Shown: positions 18,187-30,140 of the stretch, piece by piece
Layout: each line of letters starts with the position of its first letter
How positions within the stretch are numbered: position 1 is the stretch's first letter
Origin: an uncultured bacterium
Lineage (GTDB): Bacteria > T1Sed10-126
DNA length: 33,579 bases
Reading direction: 5' to 3'
Assembly: GCA_964566495.1 (NCBI GenBank)
Contig: CAZMIT010000007.1
Span: 1 to 33,579 of the forward strand
The notes under the pieces: model-generated
The model's database searches: none
What the model was told of the DNA's origin: nothing
What the model saw: only the letters and a program-made list of their open reading frames with translations
Translations under genes and position numbers: made by a program

Positions 18187-19482
18187 ATGAATTTTTTTGA
18201 ACCTGAAGTCGAAACGTATGAACCCGAGCAGCTGCGAGAATTGCAGTGCAGACGGCTCTCACACGTAGTCGACTATGTCTATGAAAACGTTCCCTTCTAT
18301 CGTAAAAAATTTGAGCAGAAGGGGATTGAGCCTGAAGCTGTTAATTCTATTGAACAGATCAGCAACCTGCCTTTGACGAACAAAGAAGATTTTCGCGCCA
18401 ACTATCCCTACGGGTTATTTGCCACCGACCTGGACGAGGTCGTTCGAGTCCATGCCTCCTCCGGGACAACCGGACAGCCGACAGTGGTTGGTTACACAAA
18501 AAAGGATATCAAACTCTGGTCACGAACGGCTGCACGGACCCTTGCTTGTGGTGGTGGCGGGCCGGACGATATTATCCAGGTTGCTTACGGCTACGGCCTG
18601 TTTACTGGCGGCCTGGGAATGCATTACGGGGGCGAAGAACTGGGTGCAACTGTTATTCCCATCTCCAGCGGCAACTCCCGTAAACAACTGCAACTGATTC
18701 AGGACTTTGGCACGACTCTTATCTGTTGCACCCCCACCTATGCCCTGCAGTTGCTGGAGACGGCAAGCGAGGAAGGAATTGATTTTCACGACCTCCCCCT
18801 GAAGGCCGGTTTTTTTGGCGCTGAACCGTGGTCGGACAGCATGCGCCAGTCAATCGAAAAAAGAATGGACCTGGACGCCCTTGACATTTATGGTTTGAGC
18901 GAAATCATCGGCCCCGGAGTCTCCAGCGAGTGTCTGGTCAAAGACGGTCTGCACGTCTTCGAGGATCATTTCTATCCAGAAATTATTGATCCCGAAACCG
19001 GCGAGCCACTGCCCGAGGGTGAGAAAGGCGAGCTTGTTGTCACCTGTTTCACCAAAGAAACACTTCCCTTGATCCGCTATCGAACCAGGGATATAACCCG
19101 GCTGCGGCGTGAAAAATGTGACTGCGGTCGAACTCTGGTGAAAATGGAACGAGTCAGTGGACGGACTGACGATATGCTTATCGTGCGAGGTGTCAACGTT
19201 TTTCCCTCCCAGATTGAGAGCGTTCTGCTGGATATCGAGGAAACCGAACCTCATTACCAGATTATCGTTGACCGTGAAGGAACAATGGATGAGTTAGAAA
19301 TCAAAGTGGAAGTTGGCAAGGAAATTTTCTCCGACGAAGTTAAAGAACTGCAGGCGTTGAAGGATAAAATAGTCCGGGCGGTCAGCGAAACTCTCAGTTT
19401 ACGGGCCAAGATTACTCTGGTTGAACCGCGGTCGCTCAAACGCCACCAGGGAAAATCACAACGAGTAATTGACCGCCGCTAA
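18187..19482 (+). CDS. paaK: Phenylacetate-CoA ligase family protein
   Basis: [81 protein letters not shown]. Confidence 0.95.
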   Translation: MNFFEPEVETYEPEQLRELQCRRLSHVVDYVYENVPFYRKKFEQKGIEPEAVNSIEQISNLPLTNKEDFRANYPYGLFATDLDEVVRVHASSGTTGQPTVVGYTKKDIKLWSRTAARTLACGGGGPDDIIQVAYGYGLFTGGLGMHYGGEELGATVIPISSGNSRKQLQLIQDFGTTLICCTPTYALQLLETASEEGIDFHDLPLKAGFFGAEPWSDSMRQSIEKRMDLDALDIYGLSEIIGPGVSSECLVKDGLHVFEDHFYPEIIDPETGEPLPEGEKGELVVTCFTKETLPLIRYRTRDITRLRREKCDCGRTLVKMERVSGRTDDMLIVRGVNVFPSQIESVLLDIEETEPHYQIIVDREGTMDELEIKVEVGKEIFSDEVKELQALKDKIVRAVSETLSLRAKITLVEPRSLKRHQGKSQRVIDRR

Positions 19483-19586
19483 TGAACCTCTCTCCCCGGT
19501 CACTCTTTTGGCCCGGCACTCCCGGAAGAATTGTTAAGAGCAACTGGCTGTTACTATTTCTGAAACCAAACGTGAGGTAGGTAGCT

Positions 19587-20018
19587 ATGAAAGTCAAGCA
19601 AATAAGTATCTTCCTTGAAAATCGAGCCGGTCGTTTAAACAACGTGGTCAGCTATCTTGGCGAGGCAAACGTTAATATTCGGGCCCTGTCACTGGCCGAC
19701 ACAAGCGATTTTGGTATTCTTCGGATGATTGTTGACCAGCCCGAGAGGGCACAAAAAGTACTTGCCGATAAAGAATTTACCTATTCATTGACTGACGTAA
19801 TAGCGGTTGAAGTCCCCGACAAACCTGGCGGGCTGGGCCGCGTCCTTGCCGCACTCGACCGGCAGGGAATTAATGTTGAATATATGTATGCTTTTGTTGA
19901 AAAGTCCGGCGACGCCGCCGTTATCATCTTCCGCTTCGAAGAGGTTGAGAGGGCAGCGGAAGCACTCAACAGCCAGGGCTTTAACGTCCTTTCTAACGAG
20001 GAGGTTCTCGCTCTTTAA
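19587..20018 (+). CDS. Tandem ACT-domain protein
   Basis: KQISIFLENRAGRL, NIRALSLADTSDFGILRMIV, VPDKPGGL, NVEYMYAF; family usually found beside paaK/ior. Confidence 0.92.
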   Translation: MKVKQISIFLENRAGRLNNVVSYLGEANVNIRALSLADTSDFGILRMIVDQPERAQKVLADKEFTYSLTDVIAVEVPDKPGGLGRVLAALDRQGINVEYMYAFVEKSGDAAVIIFRFEEVERAAEALNSQGFNVLSNEEVLAL

Positions 20019-20021
20019 GTT

Positions 20022-21590
20022 ATGTTAAAAAGAAAACTATTGCTGGGGGACGAGGCTATTGCACAGGGAGCGATTGATGCCGGAATCTCTGGCGCTTACT
20101 CCTACCCCGGCACACCGTCCACCGAGATCATGGAATACGTTATGGAGAGCAATCAAGCTAAAATCAGAAACATACACCGACAGTGGAGTAGTAACGAAAA
20201 AACAGCTCTTGAAGCCGCGCTGGGAGCTGTTTATAGCGGCCGGCGGGCGCTTGTAAGTATGAAGCACGTTGGACTTAACGTTGCCGCCGATCCTTTCGTC
20301 AATTCAGCAATAACTGGCGTCAACGGTGGACTTGTGCTGGCCGTCGCCGACGACCCCTCGATGCACTCCAGCCAGAACGAGCAGGACACCCGTTTCTACG
20401 CCAAATTTGCCCGCGTTCCGCTCCTCGAACCGACTGATCAGCAGGAAGCTTACGAGCTTACCAGGCGCGCTTTTGATCTTTCTGAAAGATTTGACCTGCC
20501 GGCGATTATCCGGCTGACAACAAGACTGGCCCACTCCCGGGCTGATGTCGAGCTACTTGAACCACGCCCTGAGAACAAACTTGAACCGGTAACTGAACAC
20601 AATCGTTACACGCTTATCCCCTTAAATGCCCGCCAGAACTATCGCAAACTGCTGGACAAGAGCGAGGAACTCGAGCAGTTTAGCGAAGAATCAGAACTCA
20701 ACAAAATTCATGGAACCAGCGGCAGCGACCGCGGCGTTATTGCCGCCGGAATCGGTTATTCTTACTTTAAAGAATGCACCCAGTCAGAGCTTGATATTCC
20801 CTCTCTGCATGTTTCACTTTATCCAGCTCCAAAACAAAAGATACTTGAATTTGCTGATAATTTTGAAGAAATAGTTGTATTAGAAGACGGCCAGCCGTTC
20901 CTGGAAGAATTCCTTCGCGACGCCCGTGCCGAGCGCCTCGAAATTCACGGCCGCCTGGACGGCACTCTGCCTCGAGACGGCGAGCTAACTCCGGACTCCG
21001 TGGCTACCGCTTTAGAAACAGAGACGACAGCCACTTTTTCTGCTCCGGAAGATCTACCCGGTCGACCACCACGCCTCTGTCCCGGCTGCCCACACGCCGA
21101 CAGCTTTGAATTTTTAAGAGAAGTACTGGAGGCTAATGACGAAGCGCGCGCTTTTTCCGACATTGGTTGTTACACTCTCGGGTTTCTCCCCCCTTACGAG
21201 GCAATCCACACCTGCGTGGACATGGGCGCCTCCATAACAATGGCAAAAGGGGCAGCCGATGCCGGTCTCCACCCGGCGCTCGCTGTTATTGGCGACTCCA
21301 CTTTTACTCACTCCGGCATGACCGGACTGCTTGACGCAATTTACGAGAACTCAGCAATAACCGTGATAATCCTGGACAACGCTACTACGGCTATGACGGG
21401 TGGCCAGGATTCACTGGCCGAGATCGGGTTGGAAGATATCTGTCAGGGGCTGGGGGTTGAGGAGCAGCACCTGCACGTTTTAAAACCGCTCAGCACCGAG
21501 AAGGATAAAAATCTTGCCGTGCTAAAAGAGGAGGTGGAGCACAGGGGGGTATCGGTCTTGATTGTGCGCCGGCCCTGTGTGCAAATATGA
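20022..21590 (+). CDS. iorA: Indolepyruvate:ferredoxin oxidoreductase alpha subunit
   Basis: LLGDEAIAQGA, YPGTPSTEI, NEKTALE, MKHVGLNVAAD, DDPSMHSSQNEQD, RPPRLCPGCPH, DIGCY, TPP motif GDSTF...LDN. Confidence 0.95.
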   Translation: MLKRKLLLGDEAIAQGAIDAGISGAYSYPGTPSTEIMEYVMESNQAKIRNIHRQWSSNEKTALEAALGAVYSGRRALVSMKHVGLNVAADPFVNSAITGVNGGLVLAVADDPSMHSSQNEQDTRFYAKFARVPLLEPTDQQEAYELTRRAFDLSERFDLPAIIRLTTRLAHSRADVELLEPRPENKLEPVTEHNRYTLIPLNARQNYRKLLDKSEELEQFSEESELNKIHGTSGSDRGVIAAGIGYSYFKECTQSELDIPSLHVSLYPAPKQKILEFADNFEEIVVLEDGQPFLEEFLRDARAERLEIHGRLDGTLPRDGELTPDSVATALETETTATFSAPEDLPGRPPRLCPGCPHADSFEFLREVLEANDEARAFSDIGCYTLGFLPPYEAIHTCVDMGASITMAKGAADAGLHPALAVIGDSTFTHSGMTGLLDAIYENSAITVIILDNATTAMTGGQDSLAEIGLEDICQGLGVEEQHLHVLKPLSTEKDKNLAVLKEEVEHRGVSVLIVRRPCVQI

Positions 21591-22174
21591 ATAAGTTAGA
21601 TCTTATCCTGGCCGGCGTCGGAGGGCAGGGCATCCTGACGCTATCAACAATTCTGGGCCAAACAGCGCTGGCAGAAGGTCTGCATATAAAACAATCCGAG
21701 GTTCACGGGATGGCGCAGCGCGGTGGCGCTGTTGTCTCTCACTTCAGGTTCAACAACCAACAGCCCAACTCCAGCCTTATCCCCCGGGGAAAGGCTGATG
21801 TTATTCTATCACTGGAACCTATAGAAGGCCTTCGCTACCTGCCCTGGCTGAACAAAAACGGTATGTTTGTCAGCGCTACCTCCGAGGTGAAAAACATTCC
21901 GAATTACCCCGAGTCAAAACAGTGGAAAAAAGAAATAAATAAGCTGCCCCGAAAGCTCACTGTCGATGCCCAAAAGATTGCCAGACAGGGTAACCTGCGC
22001 AAGGGAACCAACACGGTGCTGCTGGGCGCCGCCAGCCCCTATTTAAGACTCCCTGACGAAAGCATTATCACTGCCCTAAAAGAGCAGTTTGCTGAACAGG
22101 GCGAGGAAATTGTAGAAAAGAACTTGTCGCTGTTTGAGAAGGGTCAAAAACTGGCTGCCTCTTCCCCGCATTAG
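21587..22174 (+). CDS. iorB: Indolepyruvate:ferredoxin oxidoreductase beta subunit
   Basis: AGVGGQG, SEVHGMAQRGGAVVSH, LEPIEGLRYL; ATGA overlap with iorA. Confidence 0.95.
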   Translation: MNKLDLILAGVGGQGILTLSTILGQTALAEGLHIKQSEVHGMAQRGGAVVSHFRFNNQQPNSSLIPRGKADVILSLEPIEGLRYLPWLNKNGMFVSATSEVKNIPNYPESKQWKKEINKLPRKLTVDAQKIARQGNLRKGTNTVLLGAASPYLRLPDESIITALKEQFAEQGEEIVEKNLSLFEKGQKLAASSPH

Positions 22175-22211
22175 AAGCGAAGAAAATAAGTGCCGGCAGC
22201 TGCGATAGAGT

Positions 22212-22853
22212 TTATAACTGCCGGTGGCAGAACCACCAGTCACCGTGAAGCTGACGTTTTGAGTCGCGCTCCCTCGCCTCGTCCGGATCAACCATGACGT
22301 CGTCACCGACAAACTCATTGTCCGGCCAGTTCGCTGGCAGAGTAACGTCATTTTCATCAGAAACCTGCAGAGCGTCAAGAGCACGCAGAACCTCCCCGAC
22401 CCGGCGGCCAATTTCTATCGGATAAAAATCTATCAACCGGATAGTTCCCCCGGGGTCGACAATTACAGTCGCCCGCTCCGTTCTTGCTTCCTCGCTCTGA
22501 TGTATAAAACCCAGCCGGCGGGCCAGTTCAGCCTCCGCGTCGGCAATCACCGGAAAGTCAAGCTCAACTTCAAACTTCTCCTCCATGTCGGCAAGCCACT
22601 CCTCGTGAGTATGCGCCTCGTCAAGGGAAAGTCCAATGAGCTTACAGTTGAAATCAGCAAAATCATCGCGGCGGTTGGCAAAAGAAATTAGTTCGCTGGT
22701 GCAGACGGGAGTATAATCCGCCGGGTGACTGAAGAGCACAAACCACTCTCCCGCGTATTCATCGGGAAGCGTAAGTTTACCGGCACTGGTTTCAACTTCA
22801 GTGCGGGGAAATTTAGAGCCGATCGTTCGTATCGGTACCTTGTCTTTAGCCAT
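22212..22853 (-). CDS. Peroxiredoxin, Prx6 subfamily
   Basis: FSHPADYTPVCTSE peroxidatic motif, FPVIAD, YPIEIGR, PANWP, C-terminal DWWFC. Confidence 0.93.
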   Translation of the reverse strand: MAKDKVPIRTIGSKFPRTEVETSAGKLTLPDEYAGEWFVLFSHPADYTPVCTSELISFANRRDDFADFNCKLIGLSLDEAHTHEEWLADMEEKFEVELDFPVIADAEAELARRLGFIHQSEEARTERATVIVDPGGTIRLIDFYPIEIGRRVGEVLRALDALQVSDENDVTLPANWPDNEFVGDDVMVDPDEARERDSKRQLHGDWWFCHRQL

Positions 22854-22883
22854 ACATTACTGCCTCCCGTTTGATTTAAATGG

Positions 22884-23291
22884 TCAGTTTAAGCCGTGTT
22901 CAAGAAAACAGTCCCTATATTCCTGGTCAAGACCGGCAATATGTTCGGTCAGCCAGTCCTTGAGAAAATTCATAACTTCGACTGAAAGTAATAATTTATC
23001 GTCTTCAAACTTTGCCTGAAAATCCTTCACCTTCTCAACAAAACTATCGTGAACTCGCTTGTGTTCTCCCAGTCCCTCAAAATCAAACTCACGCATGTAT
23101 TTTTCTTCTGTTGAAAAATGAGTGTCCGTGTACTCAATCAGCTCGTCAATGATGTTCCCCATGACCTGCTTACTTTTGCCCTCGCTCATCGCCTCGTTCA
23201 ACTCGTTTATAAGCCCGACAAGCTTACGGTGCTGGGCGTCAATTTCATCGAAGCCCACGGACATTTCATCGCTCCATTCTATCAACGCCAT
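22884..23291 (-). CDS. Bacteriohemerythrin (single domain)
   Basis: WSDEMSVG, IDAQH, HFSTEE, HKRVH, WLTEHIAGLD: full di-iron ligand set. Start at ATG 23291, 8 nt after AAGGAG. Confidence 0.95.
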   Translation of the reverse strand: MALIEWSDEMSVGFDEIDAQHRKLVGLINELNEAMSEGKSKQVMGNIIDELIEYTDTHFSTEEKYMREFDFEGLGEHKRVHDSFVEKVKDFQAKFEDDKLLLSVEVMNFLKDWLTEHIAGLDQEYRDCFLEHGLN

Positions 23292-23319
23292 GTCCATCAC
23301 TCCTTAATTAATTTGTACT

Positions 23320-23429
23320 TGTTTAGCGTCGCCCCATTGAATGCCACTTATTTCGTCATCCCCCCCTTGAAGGGGAAAAGACAAAGGGGGGGTGAAAAAA
23401 ATGGATTGCGGCTCGGGATCCGCAATAAC
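23320..23429. repeat. Partial composite repeat (TGTTTAGCG end, C/G-tract hairpin, one REP)
   Basis: TGTTTAGCG 23320-23328; GTCAT at 23355 followed by C7-TTGAAGGGG...AAAG7; REP TGGATTGCGG-CTCGGGAT-CCGCAATAAC at 23402-23429. Confidence 0.7.
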
Positions 23430-23591
23430 GGCGCAACCGATTCAAGAGCAAGCCCAATGACCGTCTGGTCGGCTGCCCGTATTAACAAATTATTGCCGAT
23501 TATCCCAACTACTTTATTATGACGAATAATTTCGAAATCACAAGAGTTTTGAAACGGATTTAAAGTTAAACCACCACTCAACTTTCGTAAC

Positions 23592-24020
23592 TGTTTAGCG
23601 TCCCTCGGGTAATTGTGGGAACGTATGACGTCCCAGGGCTTGATCCAACGATCGTCATTGCGGGCTTGACCCGCAATCCATTTTTACGGTCTTGAACGAT
23701 AACCGCTTCAAATTCAAGATGGATTCCGGCTCGGGGGCCGGGATGCTCGGAGAGGCGAGCGGGCGACGGGGCGAAGAGGCGAAAGACCGAAAATCAAAGA
23801 CAAAGTCAAAGTCACTGGATTCCGGCTCGGGGGCCGGAATGACGAGCGGGCAATAAAGGTCAAGACCAAAACCAAACTCAAGTTAAAGAACAAGATTATG
23901 AGCACTTAAAGAATTTGAATTAGCTTTCAGCTTTTGGCTTTGAGCTTTAAGCTGTTTTATTCCGGCTCGCTTGCCCGGGATGACTGAACCCGGGATATTT
24001 TGCCAGGATCACGCTAAACA
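23592..24020. mobile_element. Putative non-autonomous (MITE/REPIN-like) composite element, most complete copy
   Basis: Perfect 10-bp terminal inverted repeat TGTTTAGCGT/ACGCTAAACA enclosing four REP hairpins (23654-23680, 23720-23746, 23815-23843, 23958-23984); homologous to 1-87, 6164-6206 and 15223-15610. No transposase and no clear target duplication, so mobility is inferred. Confidence 0.6.
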
Positions 24021-24107
24021 AGTATCAATTTTCATTAACAATTGTGACGGCTGATGACGATTAAATAAAGAGAACAGAAAACAACTGATTGGAAAGGAAG
24101 GATACGT

Positions 24108-24670
24108 ATGAAACGGTGGAAAGCAGTTACCCTGCCCTTGATCATATTTATTATAGTCGTATTATCCAGCGCCTACGCCCAAATTGAGGAGTCTGTCCAG
24201 GAACCCCAGGTTACCGTTGATGAGATTTACGTGGAACTGGAAAATTTTCAGCTCTATGCCTTTTCAGATGGTGAATTTGTAGAGAGCTTTCCCATTTCAA
24301 CAGGTTACGACACGGCACCGACCCCGACGGGTGAATTTGAAATAATAAATAAACTTGAGCATCCCTGGTATACGCCTTCGGATGAACCGGCAGTAGCGCC
24401 CGGTGATGAAGATAACCCGATTGGTACCCGCTGGATGGGGATAAATAAACCAAGCTACGGGCTCCATGGAACTACGGAACCGGATAAAATACAGGAACCG
24501 GCTTCCGACGGCTGTATTCGCCTTCTTAATGAACACGTTGAAACTCTCTATGAAATGGCGAACATCGGCACGCAAGTCATTATCCAGGATTCTTTTGAAC
24601 GGGAGACAATAACACGCTTGGCCGAGCACACGCCAGAAGAGAGTAGCGAAGAGACAGAAGAGGAGCGGAA

Positions 24671-24674
<4 letters not shown>
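24108..24674 (+). CDS. L,D-transpeptidase (YkuD/ErfK family), exported
   Basis: Signal peptide; FPISTG, TPTGEF, NPIGTRWMG, catalytic YGLHGT...SDGCIRL. Confidence 0.93.
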
Positions 24675-27406
<2,732 letters not shown>

Positions 27407-27636
27407 CTGTCAGCTCCCTGGTAATTTTACATGTATCTGGATAGAACCACCTGAATAAATAATATCAAAATAATAGTGCTGTCAATAGAGAGTCCTCTAT
27501 AAAACTTACAAATTTTTCATAACTCCTACAGAGTTCAGCAGAAATAAAATTTGACAACCAAATATTACTGGCTAACAGATCTCTTAATTGCTCCTCTCGA
27601 GGGAAAAATAACAGAATATATTTTGCGCTTATCTGA

Positions 27637-29964
27637 CTATTCAAGGAAAAATTTATTGATTCTACGGTTACCACTGCTATCGACTATTAGCAGTTCAATA
27701 ATTTCGCTTTCCTCGGCGGAGCGCGGCAACGAAAAGCTGAACGACTCAGTGCGTGAATCAAGCAATCCGTCCGTTGAGCGCAAACGTCTCCAGTCAGAAC
27801 CATTGCAGCGATAATAGGCAGTCACAATACGACTAATATTATCGGAGGCAGTAAAGCTAACCCTACCTGCATCGTGCTCAAAATCCGAGATCACAGGCGG
27901 AGAATTATCTACTGTTACGGGACCAATAACCCGGCTGACATGTTTTGCTTCCTCCGGGGGGTTGGAGAGCCTATCCGAGACGTGAAGTTTGAACTCATAA
28001 CGACCGTCCGCAAACTCCCGCGGGTCCCAGACGTATTCATTTTCTTCAGCCAGCTTATCGGGACCGGCAAGATTAATCCAATTTTGGGCGCCATAAGAAC
28101 GATAGTATAAGGTATAGCTGAGCAAATCATTGTCCAGATCCACGGCCTGCCACTCCAACAGCCGCTGCCGGTCCTCCCCTTCCTGCCTGAATGCACGCAT
28201 AAGTTGAGCCAACGCCTGCCCGCCACCGCGGCGCAAATCGTCACGTCTTTGCCCGTCCTCAAATAGAATTTCCTGGCGCGGATCCGGCGAAACGCTAAAC
28301 TTCTCAATCCGGGGCGGCTGATTGGAGGCCCGACGGGCAATTTCAACCCGCCGCAAGACGGCGTCCCAGCGGTTAAAACGCGCTTCAAACTGGACAAAGC
28401 GTGCCGGGGGCGAAGCAATATTAAAAGGTGTCTCATCCTGCCACTCCGACCAGTCGCTCCAATTTTCTCCGGGTTTTTCCGTAATCCCGGCTCGAGTCCG
28501 ATACTCTACTGTCCCCTGGTCATAGGTTTCAAATTGCCCCCACTGAGAAAGCAACTGGGCGTCAAAAATAGGCGAGAGATAAGTCGCAACCCCGGCTTCG
28601 AAAGAACGACGGCTAAAAATCACAGCGCCGTTGGCTGTGGTAAATCGACTTAACTCGCCCTCGGGTCCGGACAAAAGATTTGTGACCTGGGCCTGTTCGG
28701 TTGAAAAATAGAGCATCTCATCGCCTTGCTCGTCAATCTTATATATTTTACCCTCGCCCCCGGTGGCCAGATATACTTCGCCTTCCTCCACCAACAGATC
28801 AAAAATCGTCATCTCTTGCGATTCGGTTAGCAAGACCATCTTGTCGGGCGGCCTGAATTTAACAAGGATTGAACCCAACCGGTCGCCAAACATTTTTTCG
28901 GCCGTTTCGTTCCCATCTTCTTCCAGCAGACGGCGCAGGTCAAATTCTATCTCCTGCTGTTCTTCTAACTCCTCCCCCGCTTCCCTTTGCTCAACAGTCT
29001 CTGGACTCAACTCTTCCGCTTCCGGAATAAATTCCGGCGCTCCTATCTCTTCTCCCGGCAGCTCTTCCGGCGGTAATACTTCAACTTCTTCGACATCCAC
29101 CGGTAATTCTTCCATCGGCGGTCCGTGACCTGCTTCCAGTTGCTGTAGCAACTGCTCGGGTATCTGGCTGGAAACTCCGCCCATCGCTTCTGCTAACCCC
29201 GCCCCGCCGCCGTCAGCAAATTTATTTATTCCGAGGTATAAAGCTCCGGCTTCGGACTGCATACTTCTTATTTCTCGATCCGGAAAATTATAAATCGGCT
29301 CCGGAGTTGTGTCAGCTCCACCCAGTTGCTGCCGGTATAGTGTTCCCTGATCTGTTCCAAGGTAGAGTGAATTGTCCATTTTAGTAAGACTCATTACCGC
29401 CTGATCTTTTACCTGTGCGACCACTTCAACCTGACCCGTTGCTGTCATTTGAAAAATCTTTCCGGGATCCCCGGTGCCAATATAAATTCCACCCGCCTCG
29501 TCCGGCAGCATGGTCAAGATTAAATTAGCTCCAAGCTCTTCCTTCCTTTCAATTTCATCGCCACGTCGACCATAATATATTTCACCACCGGGAGAAAAAC
29601 CGGCGTATAAAAGATCATCCGAAGCCGTTAACGCCGTAAATCCAACGCCATCTCGCTCAACAATTTTTTCCGGTTTCTCCCCCTTTTCCAGCCAGTATAA
29701 AGCCGCCGGGCGCGAGGTGCCGGCAAGCATTCCGTAATCGTTTTGAGCCACTTCCCAGATCAAGTTTACAGGCAGAGTATCCCGATCAGCCAGCAATGTA
29801 GGCTTCACCCGGCCATCCAGGGTCAAACCAGTCCCTTCAAACTTACCTTCTAAAAATTCTGCTGACTGATCCAACCGCCAGAACTTTGTCGTCGCCGCCT
29901 CAAGCTCCAGACCAGAAATGCTTAAAATTGATGCAGTTAATAGCAGAATAATTATCTTCTTCAT
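27637..29964 (-). CDS. Secreted beta-propeller + fibronectin/Ig-like domain protein
   Basis: Signal peptide; repeated blade motifs (LYAGFSPGGEIY, IYIGTGDPGKIF, LYLGTDQGTLY, VYLATGGEGKIY); WSDWS, C-terminal WQAVDLDND, DGRYEFKLHVSD, VDNSPP; acidic low-complexity insert. Confidence 0.75.
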   Translation of the reverse strand: MKKIIILLLTASILSISGLELEAATTKFWRLDQSAEFLEGKFEGTGLTLDGRVKPTLLADRDTLPVNLIWEVAQNDYGMLAGTSRPAALYWLEKGEKPEKIVERDGVGFTALTASDDLLYAGFSPGGEIYYGRRGDEIERKEELGANLILTMLPDEAGGIYIGTGDPGKIFQMTATGQVEVVAQVKDQAVMSLTKMDNSLYLGTDQGTLYRQQLGGADTTPEPIYNFPDREIRSMQSEAGALYLGINKFADGGGAGLAEAMGGVSSQIPEQLLQQLEAGHGPPMEELPVDVEEVEVLPPEELPGEEIGAPEFIPEAEELSPETVEQREAGEELEEQQEIEFDLRRLLEEDGNETAEKMFGDRLGSILVKFRPPDKMVLLTESQEMTIFDLLVEEGEVYLATGGEGKIYKIDEQGDEMLYFSTEQAQVTNLLSGPEGELSRFTTANGAVIFSRRSFEAGVATYLSPIFDAQLLSQWGQFETYDQGTVEYRTRAGITEKPGENWSDWSEWQDETPFNIASPPARFVQFEARFNRWDAVLRRVEIARRASNQPPRIEKFSVSPDPRQEILFEDGQRRDDLRRGGGQALAQLMRAFRQEGEDRQRLLEWQAVDLDNDLLSYTLYYRSYGAQNWINLAGPDKLAEENEYVWDPREFADGRYEFKLHVSDRLSNPPEEAKHVSRVIGPVTVDNSPPVISDFEHDAGRVSFTASDNISRIVTAYYRCNGSDWRRLRSTDGLLDSRTESFSFSLPRSAEESEIIELLIVDSSGNRRINKFFLE

Positions 29965-30006
29965 AGTTTATCTCCCTTTTTAGTTGTGAGTCCTCTCCAA
30001 AAGTCC

Positions 30007-30052
30007 ATCATTGCCTGGCACGAAGAACGTCCCAGGACTTGACCCGGCAATC
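30007..30052 (+). repeat. Degenerate REP carrying the GG.ACG...GTCCC module
   Basis: ATCATTGCCT-GGCACGAAGAACGTCCC-AGGACTTGACCCGGCAATC resembles 23609-23653 and the GTCATTGCC..CTTGACC..GGCAATC REP. Confidence 0.65.
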
Positions 30053-30140
30053 ATTGTTAAAATCCCGGTTAAAATAGTTTCCGTATTTTTTCCTCCCTCA
30101 TCCCTCGACGAGAGAATATTTTTGTCCCCCGACTAATCGT

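Noticed and set aside
23592..24020. Integron attC site (GTTTAGC/GCTAAAC resembles core sites)
   Set aside because: Orientation is the reverse of RYYYAAC...GTTRRRY, the span is too long, flanking genes are not cassette-like and there is no integrase.
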